A stretch of 63,512 nucleotides of DNA, counting the filler, from Choristocarpus tenellus KU-1152 (lineage: Eukaryota; Protista; Phaeophyceae), in NCBI GenBank assembly GCA_964200185.2. It is 12 parts of 12 records of this genome, joined end to end, with 100 filler letters (N's around TTAATTAATTAA, not from the genome) between each part and the next. Parts side by side here need not be neighbours in the genome. Positions count along the whole stretch, not along the records: positions 9,909 to 17,626 come from CAXNAD020005694.1; positions 17,727 to 22,930 come from CAXNAD020011517.1; 10 more parts are not named here. The stretch is one strand, 5' to 3'. Each line of letters begins with the position of its first letter. Position 1 is the first letter of the stretch. Made by a program: the position numbers and the translations under genes. This document shows positions 10,641 through 23,030 of the stretch, in pieces. A model generated the notes under the pieces. It was not told where the DNA came from, did not search any database, and saw nothing but the letters and a program-made list of their open reading frames with translations.

Positions 10641-13600
10641 CAGGAAGGGCAACGCCACGCGCTGTGTAAGGAGATCTCACTAAAATCAACGCATTAACAT
10701 CTGGAATCAGACCAGTCGACAGTTACATTTTCAGACTAGAAAGCACGTGCAGTAGATTTCCCAAAAAAAGGTTGGCAAAAAACCCCAACACAATGCATGT
10801 CTTGGGGTCAGACAATATATACAACATATACAAAATGCCTCTATGGCTGCCACCCCTACCGATCTCGCTCGCTCTCTGTGACCAATAACGCCACCCGACC
10901 CCCCAGGTCAATCACACAAAAAAAACAAGCCTGACCATAAACAACTCCACCACGTCTAAAGACCTCAAAGCGTAGCAGCACTTTCACACCATCAACACAA
11001 CCCGAGCACCATACTGCTCTTCTTGCTGATGATGCCCCCAGTGACAGGAGAGCAAAAAGTGACACTGAACCACCACACCAGGTCCTAGCAAAAAGCACCA
11101 CTTCGGGTCCTAGATCTTGAACCACTATCACAGCAGGGTGTGGTTTCCCCGCCCGCCTGCCCCCGCCCCCGCCCCCACCCGCCCACCCCCCCAAAAAAGC
11201 CTGAAAAGAAGAAAAACATACCAGACACTGCTACAGCTGTCACCGCAACATCCTGGAACATCCCGTAACTCCAAACTAAACTGAAGTCGGATGCATCGGG
11301 ACAGAAAAGGAATCGCACTCTCAACACTCGGCATTCAAGAGATGGTGCACATCGATAACGATAACTCGATACCAGAGGCACACACATACACACACATACA
11401 CACACACACACACAAACACACACAAACACACACAAACACACACAAACACAAGAATCAGCCAACTCTGTAGCGACGGCCCCCTCACCGTTGATGCCGAAGT
11501 GCTTCCCATCGGTGTGGTGTGAGCTGCATAGGTGACAAAAGATTTGTCCGCATACCCGGCAGTGGTGGCGCCTCCTGAACATGCTGAAGGGAGTGTCACA
11601 CTCGTAGCACACCTTGCACAGCTTGTCCTGATAAAGAGGCGTGTGCGTGTGTATCGGTAGAGAGAGGACGGCAACACACCACGGGCGGCAAAGTCGTAGC
11701 GTTTGATTAGGGGGGGTAGAGACAGGGGGGCAACACTCGCAAGCGGGGTCCGAGAAAAAAACAAAAACAAAATAATAAGAAATAAGAAATAAGAAATAAT
11801 AGTAATAAGAAATACTAAATAATACTAATAAATAATAGTAAATAATAATAAAAGAAAAATATATCATTTTGTGTAGACGGGCGAGGAAGGTCGTTTGAAA
11901 AGAGAGGCGTAGGAGCGATGTAGAGGAACAGGGCCTAAAAAACAAATGAATAAATAGTGTAGACGAACGAGATGTTCCAAAAAAAAAAAAATGATAACGA
12001 AAGCCAGCCCGCCGACCGCTTGACCGGCACACACACACTGTTGTAGTGGTAAAAGGCGTACGGTTCGTGTCTTGGTAAAGTTTGGTAAGGTGCGCGACAC
12101 GCATAAAAAAAAATGTGGCGTCGCATAAGGGTACACCTTACACAAATCGCACCTCCTGAACATGGGGATCACGCTTGGCGAACAAATACAGCAGCAGCGA
12201 GCCGCGACTGAATCCCAACGATGACAAGAATAATAAATAAATAAAAATTAATTATCGAAATGTAGAAAAAAGAAGAAATCGACGCGTACGAGCCAACAGA
12301 ACAGTCTCAACAGAACAGTCTATAGCTCTGAGCGAGGCAAAGAGGACGTTCTTCACGAGCATTCTCACTCTCTTCGCTAGCATGAGGGCATGCGTAGGCC
12401 ACTCGTACTTCAGCGCTCTATTGTTGACACCCCTCGACTAAGGTTCCCCATGCTGGGAGTTAGTCCATGGATTAATTACATACTGCATCATCAGCAAGGG
12501 CAGGGGAGTCAAGGGAAGGATTACAACAAACAACGGTAATTTAGCAGGTCCACACGCTTACAGCTACAAGTCTCGTGAATAGAGCTATGTGTCAAGTAGG
12601 AACAAAATCTGTCCATCAAGCGGAAATTGCAGATGAGAGTGTGCGAGACGTGCTTCCTCCTGAAGCTCAAAATTTGATTTCGATCATACCCGGTACAAGA
12701 AACAAACACAAGAGAGACAGTGCAAATGCTGTTGTGTTCTCATCCAGTGGAGCAAAGCAAGGCCCTTCTATATATATATATTTATTTTTTTTCAATATAT
12801 TTTCTACATTTTCAGATCGTGTCAGAGCTAGGGTTAGGGTTAGGGCGCGAAAAACGGTCGGAGTGTCCCCTTAGAAGTTCAATTATAACACATGGGTCAG
12901 AGAAAAGAATCACGTTCTCTGGGTCGATTTCTGTCGATTCTGACCCGAAGGAAAAAAGCCAGAACAATCGTGCATCTATTCATAACACCATTTAGTACTG
13001 AAAAACGAAGGTGTATTAGTTGCCAAACCCTATCCCTAACCCTATATCCCAAACCCTCACAGGCATCCAGTACAGCTTCAGGTTGAGGTTCACTGAAGGC
13101 ATTCCTTCCATGCCAGACCCGCCTCTCCCCTTTTGACCAGAGGACTTTGCCATTTCACCCTCACTCTCTGACCCGTCCCAAAGAAATTGTGTCACTGGTC
13201 GCCGGCGGGGGTCGCCTGGAGAAGGGAAGACTGTGAGCCTGAGCAGGGCAAGCAAGAAAGTCAAGGAGGGGCACAATTGGAGGTTGGGATTGAGACACCT
13301 AAACATAAATCCAGGAGAAATGCATTTATGCACAAAGAATATTTTGACGTTTCATACAAGTAGGGGTTGAAGGTATCACCCAGACGATGTTGCACCTGTT
13401 ACATAGAGAGCCCTTTGCCAAATGCTACAGTGCAAGGCGAACGTCTTGGCCACGTGTTTTTGCACGAATCTGGAGAAAGCGCTATGGTGTAAAGGGGAGA
13501 AAGGTTGAAGGAAACGGAAGAGCTTGAACACTGCACATTATAGCTACTCGAAAATCAACATTACCATTGGACTCTACATATTTGTGTATAACAATGGTCC

Positions 13601-14417
13601 AGTGTCCTCTCTTGAGAAGATAAAAGAAAGGGAATTGCTGGCAACCATATGCTTGTACAATCAGGCGGAGTTGTTAGATCCATTCACAAGGAACATCACT
13701 ATGAGTAGAATTTCGTCCCCATCACTACTAATGAGAAGTACGACGTAAAATGGCAGATTAAGGGACGCTAGACGACTATTCTTGTCCAGAAAACCAAAAA
13801 TAGTGCCCCGACTCCCCAAGGTGTATGACGTTGCCCTAATACCTTTGCTATCTCGACACCAAACTATTCTCGACCAAATCTCCCCCCGGACCTCACTCAC
13901 GTGTGAGCATCGTCTTTGTTCTCCATCGTCTCCTCCAGATTCACAAACGTCGAAGATAGGCCCATCTGACCAAGATATGAGATACACAATGCAAACAAAG
14001 CAGTACATTCGGAAATCCTCAGCATATAAATTGGACATCATCTCTACCCAACCACCCCAAAATAAGGGTCGGTGAGGGTCAGTGTGTACTCAGAAGGTAT
14101 TTGTTGAAGGCGAAGGTAGTAAGAAAGTACAGTGAAGAAGACCAACCATTGATAAACCACATGAAATTTTCGCCAAATCATGACCTAAGACTCACCTGCA
14201 CTACACCCTCACCCCTCACCTGGGCATGTGAAAATGATGTAAGAGATGGAGCTGGTCTTCGGGTGCCCCTGGAAGCCAATGGCGATCTACTAGCCCCACG
14301 AAATAAACCACTATTTTCCTCTCTCCCACCCGCCTCCTCGCCTTTAGAGGATCCCATGTCACGACCCCTTTGTTCTATAGAACGTTTGGAGCTTAACGGT
14401 GTCCTAGGGGCTTCCAT
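10465..14417 (-). CDS. FYVE zinc-finger protein, FAB1/PIKfyve-like N-terminus (partial)
   Basis: Exons 13215-13061 (..LKLYWMP), 11627-11486 (DKLCKVCYECDTPFSMFRRRHHCRVCGQIFCHLCS..) and 10583-10465 (GFIRTCTTC..) splice into a full FYVE domain with the WxxD, RRHHCR and R-x-C motifs. 'YWMPD..CxVCYEC' is the FAB1-type version. Putative first exon 14417-14220; the exons between it and 13215 are not resolved. Confidence 0.8.
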
Positions 14418-14771
14418 GGACCCACTACTTAATTGAGAGCTGAGTGATGTGTGCTCAATGTGCACAGTACCAGTGCAGTGCAATTTGCTGCACTACTAAA
14501 CTATCCTTGCTTGATACTCGGAGAAATTATTCGCACACACGAGACAGGGCGTGTTCTGACCTTAAGGCAGGTCAATCTTGGAGGATACTCCCTTCGTTCA
14601 TCGCTTGAACAAAGGTTCAATTTAAGTCTTTGACTACACTATTAAAGATGTAGTTTGTTGTTGGAATTGTGTGAAGTATATTTGGGTGCATGGCATGCCT
14701 CATCAGGGATATAAAACTCCATTTCTTTTAATGTTTTCGGCAGGGTCACGACGTACAACGTAGAAGTCGAG

Positions 14772-16377
14772 ATGTTATTGGCCCTGTCTTCCTTATGCAG
14801 AAGTTCGACAGGTTTATCCCCAGTCCTATATCCTGCTAGGCGATTGATAACCAGTACACTAACAGTTCTTGCCTCTGGAGGACCATCCAGAGCCAAGTTC
14901 TTGTTGCTTGATGAGGATATCGAGGAGAGCTTCGTCAAGGTAATGATATAGATTAAAGTCATATTGGTAACACTCATGATTTTGTGCTCTAGGAATTATT
15001 AAATTTCGTTCTTAATCAATTCGAGATCCAGCTATGTTAGTCAATCGTGATAGCAAGTGCCATCGACATAATGAACGGTACAGCTTGTCTTCTTTGGTCA
15101 AGAAGACCCCTACTCTAACACATAGAGTGCCGTTGATATATTTTTATTCAGGGGAGAGGGCCGGGAGGGCAGAAGATCAACAAGGTGCGCAACTGTGTCC
15201 AGTTAACCCATCGACCGACTGGGATTATGGTGTCTTGCCAGCAATCAAGGGAGCTGGGCGTCAATCGAGGCATAGCCAGAAAGCTTTTGCGCGAGAAGGA
15301 AAGTCAGAGGTACCTGGTTTAGGTGATTTGTGATAGTTTGCTTCAACTATGTGAAATCGCTTGACGGGGGCTGGATTTGCGTCGTGCATGTCCTGTGACA
15401 TCCTTGTAGATTAAATCATTCGAGGTGAGCATTTCATCCTATTAATGTCCACTCTTTAGAGTCTGCTTGGTGTTAACTAATCTTGCTGTCCAGGTACGCC
15501 ATAAATGTTGTATTGTACCTTGCATGCTGAACCTTTTGCTCCTGGAGGTAAAGTTTTGGGAAGGTATGGGTGACGGGTGTATTCCTTAGGAGTCACGTCG
15601 AAGTGTTTGCAGCAGGCAGCCTAAATATGCAAACAAGTTTGGTGGGAGACAGCTGATGTGACTCCCTAGCCCTTGTCTCAGTAATGTCATCTTACTGAAG
15701 TGCTCTGTAGTAGTTTGTTGTACATGTTGGTTGACACCTGCTTTGTAGTGTGTGAATATTTGGACCTTTGACACATCCACCTTGTAGCAAGGTATGCTCC
15801 TAGAGTGTAGTGTTGTCTTTGCAGGGAGTTCCCAGTCTGGGTCATTGTGCTGTAGTATGAATCAAATCATTGGCAGTGATGATTTGTTACTGGGCGCTCA
15901 GTTTCCGGTTGTTGCTTGCACTCAGGAAACCGATACTCACTACTGGCAATATAGGCTAGACATCACATGCAGTACGGGCTTTGGTTTGCACCTTCACTGG
16001 AGGCTACCTTTTTTCTATTGCAAAGATAACAGGGGTTCCTTTCATGCTGGATCAATCAGGTGGAGTTCCATTTCCGAGGAGGGGACAGCACCATGGGTCG
16101 CAGGATCTCCAAAACTCAAAAGCAAAAGGCTAATCGAGCCCGCAAGTCACGCCTCAAACACCACGGTAAAGCCATTACTGGGGAGAAAGAAGCTGTGGAA
16201 CCTGGGGATGATACAATGCTTGAGGAAACCGAGGTTGACCATAGGGTTGTAGTGGGCCGATACATTGGAGGGGGGGGAGGTGGTGTCGGAGGTACAACTG
16301 AGACATCCGACCAAGAGGGTGTGGCGAATGAAACTCTCCAACCTCTACCATCGCATCTGGGAAAGAAGCAATCGTAA
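14772..16377 (+). CDS. Mitochondrial GGQ peptidyl-tRNA hydrolase / ribosome-rescue factor (C12orf65/MTRFR-like)
   Basis: Exon 1 (14772-14939) has an S/R/L-rich presequence then LDEDIEESFVK. Exon 2 (15152-15298) reads GRGPGGQKINKVRNCVQLTHRPTGIMVSCQQSRELGVNRGIARKLLREK. Exon 3 (16060-16377) starts VEFHFRGGDS and carries a basic tail (KTQKQKANRARKSRLKH). No codon-recognition domains are present. Confidence 0.88.
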
Positions 16378-17474
16378 CTGTGATTGCAGAATGCTAATAG
16401 AAATTAATTAGTTGATAGCTCTTGTCATGGAAGCATGGGCTGTTTCACTCAAGAAGTTTGTCATCTCACAGCAACACTTGGAGTGGTGGCATTACATCTT
16501 TAACCCACATGAATTAAATGTAATTTCTTGTGTCTCCCAGCATTGACGGACCTGGGGCTGCCATTATGTGCAAATGTGCAACATGATATATCTCAGTGCC
16601 CTACTTCACAGAATTAACAAACTCAAGTACCATTGACTTTATGGCTGAAGAAGGCATCCGCGGCAAGTCAGCTTTGCCACCGAATCTGAAATGCTGCCAT
16701 ACATCACTTGTTGTACTCCACCCCCCAGTTTGACGGCTTTAACATTGAATACGTGCATCTTATCCTTACATAAGGATGTCATCGCAATCCATCATACTCC
16801 TCCACCTCCCCCACAATCTGCATATCCCTCAAGTCTGAAAGTCCAACTCTCTCTAATACTGGTCGGGTTCAGTCTCCATTTGTAGATCTGATTATGTAAG
16901 CTCCCCCACAGATGTTTGGGGAAGCTTTCTTGAAAGGTCTTACGGCTTGCACATTACACCTTCTTCCTTGCTTAAATCACATTTCCCACTTCTCCAACGC
17001 ACTCTTTGAGTGCTGGTGTATCCTTGATCTGGGATTTGATGCCGAGCATGGTATTCGCCTTGTGGCATTACTAGCCCTCGTTCTCACCTCAGGTTACTTA
17101 AATCCATGGATATGACTGCTACCCATGTCCTTCAAACTATCAAATTCAAGGCACAGAAAATGGAACTATGATCCAGAGATGCCCTCAAACAGCTGCTGGT
17201 TGCTGACAACTGTTAATATTAGCTGATTCTTATTGTTGGAGAACATTTGTTGTATTTTTTCTGCCTGTGAAAATTGAATTTTGCAGTAGTGAATGACCAG
17301 CTTTTTAATGCCTCGCATTGGGTCTGTTCGAACATAAATCAAGAACGTTTTAACTGTGGCACACAAACACACCAGAATGCCTGGACATCTGATGATTGAA
17401 TGAGAGCTTTTGGCAGTTACTAAGGAATCCAATCAAGAAAACCAGTACAGGTATGGAATTCAGGTATGGGAACA

Positions 17475-17626
17475 GGGTCAAAGTATCTGGGGGGGGAATG
17501 CCGGCGTTCGTTTTTGACCAATTTTTTCATATCGCGATTTTTGGATGATTTGGTTCCATACATTGGATGGATAATGAAAGTGCACTTTTCCTGGTTTTGG
17601 TCCAAATGGACACTCTGGTGTAGACC
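17475..17626 (+). mobile_element. MITE family B, left part, truncated at contig end
   Basis: Begins GGGTCAAAGTATCTGGGGGGGG and contains TTTTGGTCCAAATGGACAC, which matches the family-A subterminal motif. Confidence 0.6.
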
Positions 17627-17726
17627 NNNNNNNNNNNNNNNNNNNNNNNNNNNNNNNNNNNNNNNNNNNNTTAATTAATTAANNNNNNNNNNNNNNNNNN
17701 NNNNNNNNNNNNNNNNNNNNNNNNNN
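17627..17726. other. Artificial contig-joining spacer
   Basis: N44-TTAATTAATTAA-N44. Confidence 0.98.
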
Positions 17727-17939
17727 GGGGTGTGGGGGATTGGGGGGGTGGGGAGGTTGGAGGTTGGGGGGTGGGGGGTGGGGGGTGGGGGCACAGATTG
17801 GTTCTATTTTTCGAAAGATGAAAGTGAATTGAAATGAACTCGCCACACATGATGTTTTCTGTTCTGAAAAACCAGCCCTAGCAATGCCTATTTTTGAACA
17901 AAAACGAATCTGTCCATCCTTGTGTAATTATGTACTGTG

Positions 17940-18198
17940 CTGTCAAAGTATCTTAGAGGGTAGGGCCGTGTCCATTTGGGGACCAAAATCCAACGTTGCG
18001 ATTTTGATGTAATTTTGGCTATTGTGTTCGTTGGAAAGTGTCAATATCCTTGTTCCAGACACACCATTTCATAACGTATACATTTTACCTACACAGAAAC
18101 ATTTTGGGGTAGGAAAATGTTGTAAAAAAGTCCATGGGAAGTCAAGCCCCAAATGGACAAATAGGGAAAAACTTGTACCCCCTAAGATACTTTCACTC
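17940..18198 (-). mobile_element. MITE family A copy 4 (reverse) with TGTG target-site duplication
   Basis: TGTG|CTGTCAAAGTATCTTAGAGGGTAG ... GTACCCCCTAAGATACTTTCACTC|TGTG. Confidence 0.9.
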
Positions 18199-18946
18199 TG
18201 TGGCTTGCCAAACTCCCCCCTTACCCACCCCTCTGCCCCACTGTTTTGGAAGTATGATGGTTGCAGCAGCTTTGTACGATGGTAATGCTGTGAGTCTGTA
18301 GCCATGGAAGAGGTTGTGGAGTGGGGGACGTTTTGATCTAGGGGTTGACCTCAGCTGTAACCCCGGGCTTGTGACTCAAACTGGTGTTGTGAGCTCACCT
18401 TGATTGGCAGTTTTCCATGTGTTGATACAATGTGGTGCTTGCTCTTGTTTTGTGGCTCTGAAGTTTGAGAGATTTCAACATGCCTCCCATGTGTGTGTGT
18501 GTGTGTGTGTGTGTATTTTTTTGGTTCTGGCAGTCCACAATGCGTTTAGATTGAAGTAGGTTACAGGTAACATTGCACATCTGCCTGTACCCTTTTGAAA
18601 CACTTCTTGTAGGTCAAAAATGAAAGATATGTATGTGTATATATATGTATGTATGTATGTATGTGTATATGTGATTACTACTTTTTTGTGTGAACAAGGT
18701 AGTTAGCCAGTAAGTTGCTGTTCTATCAGTAGCTACAGCGAGCTCCAGTGGGTAACATCAGCTTGAATCTCACTCCTGAAATTTTTGTTAACAGCAATTT
18801 GGTGGATGGATGGCATTGCCCACGTGGGGATAGTTCATGTACACACCTGATTACTTCTTTTTACTATTCTGGTACTATATCATACTGAAAGGATAGAGCG
18901 GTGCTTTTACAGGATTGATACAGTGAATGCCACGGTACTTGAATGT

Positions 18947-18995
18947 GACACAAAAAGACACAAAAAGACACAAAAAGACACAAAAAGACACAAAA
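18947..18995. repeat. 10-bp tandem repeat (GACACAAAAA) x~5
   Basis: Directly visible. Confidence 0.9.
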
Positions 18996-19395
18996 GTGGG
19001 GAAGCAGGAAGAGTTTTACTAACCCTGCGGTGGTGTCATTTTGTGCATGTTCTTGGTGTTGAAGGCGTCTTCACCCTTTTCCAGGAGGGGGAGGGGAGAG
19101 GCAAGAGGCGATACTTGCCCTTTGCCGAACATGGGGTTGGTGTTTGCTTTTCTTTTTTTTTGCAGATTGTTATTTTTTTGGGGCATATTATTGTTCCTCC
19201 ACTCCCCAATACACGCCTTTTTAAAAACTTCAATCGAACCTGCCTTTTTTTAGTCAGTATTGGTTTTAAATACATCCACTCAATGATTTTGCTCACCTTT
19301 ATGCTCTTTGAACCTGAATTTTTGGTGTTTATCATCCCCCTTGATTGCCCCCCCCCCCCCCCCCCCTCTTTTTTTTTTGGTTCTTGTGTGAACAG

Positions 19396-21536
19396 GCGGA
19401 GTTCACATCTGTCATCCACGGTAAATATGCTCATGAGGAAACTGTTGCAACTACTTCCTTTGCTGAGAAGGTGAGAAGTTGTCTAATGAAGACTATCAAC
19501 GGTGACAATGAGACAGGACCTGCCTGGGTACTGGCTGGACAGGGCCAGAGGGTGGTTGGTGGCGGGGTGTTAGATGTAGGAGCGTTTTTTCAGGCACGTG
19601 TCTGGGCTAATCAGGGAAATTCAGGACTTTTTGGTTGGATAGAAAAGGTGGAGGTCATCGTAGGGCGGTATATTGGTGTGCATTTACTATTCTACCATTT
19701 TTTATTTATTTTTTTGCTCAAGTCTGTTGGTCATACTGTACTTCTGAATGGGCAGAGACGATGGGTGGAACACCAGGTGGTTAGTTGATGGTGGTTGGTG
19801 GTTAGTTGATGGTGGTTGGTGGTTGGTGGTTGGTGGGGATGAAGAGATATTCTTGTTTGCTTTTGTGAGAGATGGTTGTGGACATGACATCCTGATTTTA
19901 AAAAGAGAACCTTTTGTTTTTGTTTTTGTTGTGGAGGTGAGTCAGTACACAAAAGGATACATGGGTATTTTTACGACTGATACCACTAGTACCATGTCTT
20001 TTTTTTTTCTGCTCTGCCTACTGTAGGTCTTTATCTGAACTTATCTGGACCTGTTCCGGGACTAGCTACGGGATGTTGAGGAAATTGTGGGATGTACTGG
20101 AGGCATATTGATTGTGTTATTATTTCTGTTATTATTTGTTTATGATATTATTTATGTATGTTACTATTTATGTCGCGAACATGCTACAGTGTGTTTTGTA
20201 TTGAGTGTTTTTCTTTTTTGTTCTGGAGTTTAATTTTTTTTTTTTTCGCGTGCATGCGTGCCGTGGTTCCAATTTTAATCTGAAATTTTGATTTGAAATT
20301 CTCTCACGGCTCTTCCATGAACCTTTAACCCTCACTATCCCTCCCACTGTGATGCCCGGTGATTTCTGGCCTTGCCTTGCCTTACCTGGCCTTGCCTGGC
20401 CTTGCCTTGCCTGGCCTTGCCTTGCCTTGCCTGGCCTTGCCTTGCCTTGCCTTGCCTGGCCTTGCCTTGCCTGGCCTTGCCTTGCCTTGCCTTGCCTGGC
20501 CTGACCTGGCCTGGCCTGACACGGTGTGTGTATAATTGTACGCAACGGAGTTGATAGAATCGTTTTGAGTGGATCTTATTGATCACCCCAGGATTATTTT
20601 TTATTTGATGCACTGGTGATAGAATATTTTCTTAGTTCTATTTGATTTTTCTGATGTTTTTTGTTTTGTTGTGAAAATGATCGTATTAGTAATACCACCA
20701 TGTATGCTGTGTATGAATGGAATGTATGTAAATACATATGTATGTATAGGTGTATGTATGTGTGTGTGTTTTTGTTTTTTTTCTTGCCTTGACTTGACTT
20801 GACTTGACACGTACATTTATGTATATTTATAAGATAATTACTGCCCACACGTGATCGTTGAAAAAGGTATTGGATGATAGTTTTACTTACATTTAGTGCA
20901 TACACACACATATATATATATATATTGACACATACATACATACCTTAGGTTGTATGTACATGCAAGATATTTTTTAATTCTTTATTGATTTTTTTCTTCC
21001 TTGTTTTTTTTACCCTTTCTTCTCCTCTTGAACATTTGAAAACGTGCCCAACAATTGTTTAATTGCTCAAGTATCTTGTTGTCAAGAACATGGCTGAGGC
21101 AACTTATGTGGCCGACTACATTACCAATGGAGGAGACAGGGCGGAGTTTTTGGAGAAGTTCAAGAATGCTATTTCTGAGGGTTTCGATCCTGATAAGGTG
21201 AGATACAAAAATAGCTGCTGTAGGAGGCGTTTGTGTGTGTGGAAGGGTCTGTGCATCCTTGGAAGGCGTGATTGTGTGATTGAGGGGATCCTGGACGACT
21301 CACCTAGAATCTGTCTGAACTGACTCCGCATTGGGTGTACAGAATCGAGTTTTTGAATGTATTCAGTGCTGTGAAGTGTAAGTTGTCTAGGTCAAGGGGG
21401 AGACTGTGTGTCCAGTGACCATAGAGCAAGAGGGTTTTATGATCTATTAGATGGCGGGGTATGTATGCCTCACTTTTTTTGTTTTTTGGGACTCTGTTTG
21501 AGAGGGTTTGAAGATGTGTGAAAAAAAATGTATGGG

Positions 21537-21571
<35 letters not shown>

Positions 21572-22178
21572 GATTAAAAAATATAAATATGGTCATTGCT
21601 AATAGAACTGTGGTTCTGTTGACAGGCCGTGCAGTGTGGTGTGAGGGATGGTATGTACAGGGATTGAGACTGTGTTTTATACGTGTTGTTGGGCCGTTTG
21701 GTACCATGTTAATGCTGGTGGAAATTTTTGTGAAGAGGAGATTGATTTCAACTTTTCTCGCTACTCTTGACATTGGTATGTTAATAACTCACAGGCTTTT
21801 GTGCAAAACATGGTTGATCTAACAATTCTGTCTCTTTCGCTGGCATGTGTTGTGATTCTTGGTTGTCTCAGGTGCATATTGGCTTCTTTGATTACTGATG
21901 CCCTTACTTGACTTCCTCTTGGGTGTTATTCCCCCCTCTCCATCTTTAATCAAACCGGTCTTGTTCTGTTGTTCTTCCTGTATCCCCCGGATCGCCCTGT
22001 CCTTTTGCAGGACCTAGTTAAGGTAGGCCTGGCAAACCAGACCACTATGTACAAGAGGGAGACCCGCGACATCGGTAAGTTGTTTGAGAAGACTTTGATG
22101 GAGAAGTATGGCCCCGGTGTGGTTGGTGAGCACTGGATGGCGTTTGACACGATCTGCGACGCGACTCAGGAGCGACAG
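19396..22178 (+). CDS. ispH: 4-hydroxy-3-methylbut-2-enyl diphosphate reductase (HDR/IspH/LytB), three internal exons
   Basis: Phase-0 GT-AG exons 19396-19470 ([21 protein letters not shown]), 21072-21197 ([22 protein letters not shown]) and 22011-22178 ([21 protein letters not shown]). These are diagnostic cyanobacterial/plastid-type IspH motifs. Confidence 0.96.
20368..20520. repeat. Mixed pentanucleotide array (CCTTG/CCTGG)n in ispH intron
   Basis: About 30 units directly visible. It generates the spurious GKARQ/PCLAL ORFs. Confidence 0.92.
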
Positions 22179-22391
22179 GTGAGGGAGTGTTTTATTTTTT
22201 TTATTTTGTTGTATTGGACCTCTTCCGCTTCTGTACCACCCTGTGTTGATCTGGGGTTGTTTGTCAGGAGGGGAAAGCGTGAGTGGATGATAAGAAGTTG
22301 TATGTTCTGGTGCAGGGGAGGGAAAAATTCGATACCAGCTTCCTTTGTGTTTGTCTTCCAGTCTGAACCTGTCTGTGTGTATGTGTGCGTG

Positions 22392-22422
<31 letters not shown>

Positions 22423-22930
22423 GTATGTCTCTTTGTGTGCCTGTGTGTGTCTGTGTGTGTGCCTGTCAATTGATGTTTTTGTATGTTGTGTGGTGAAGGT
22501 TTTTAGATGTTGAATGCGCGCGTGTCAGCTTCTCGAGTGAGTTTTATCTTTGTGTTTACGTAGAGTGTTTATTGTGTGTGTATTGTGTGTTAGGTGTGAA
22601 AGTAATGTGATAGTTTGAATAACATGCGCTCATGACAATTCTACGCCTTGGCAGTATTGAGAACAATCTTGAACTCTTTGAGTCATCAGGACGGCATTAT
22701 AGAGTCCACGTTATAGTGGTGGAATGAACTGTTGATAGTCCAGTAATACAATCGACAAGTTCCTTTTGCCTTGATACCATTCCTTTCTTATTTTTTTCAT
22801 ATAGCAGCAAATGTGGAACGCATCAATTTTTCCAATTTGTTCCCTCCACTCCCCACCCCCTTTCTCCCTTTGTCTCCAAACATACCCCCTACTGTTCTTC
22901 TCCTTTGCTCTTGTTTTTTAATTCCCCCCC

Positions 22931-23030
22931 NNNNNNNNNNNNNNNNNNNNNNNNNNNNNNNNNNNNNNNNNNNNTTAATTAATTAANNNNNNNNNNNNNN
23001 NNNNNNNNNNNNNNNNNNNNNNNNNNNNNN
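22931..23030. other. Artificial contig-joining spacer
   Basis: N44-TTAATTAATTAA-N44. Confidence 0.98.

Noticed and set aside
11085-12104. 339-aa ORF as a single protein
   Set aside because: Only 11627-11486 is exon. The rest is low-complexity intron read-through.
20168-20613. GKARQ/PCLAL repeat proteins
   Set aside because: Translations of the intronic pentamer microsatellite.
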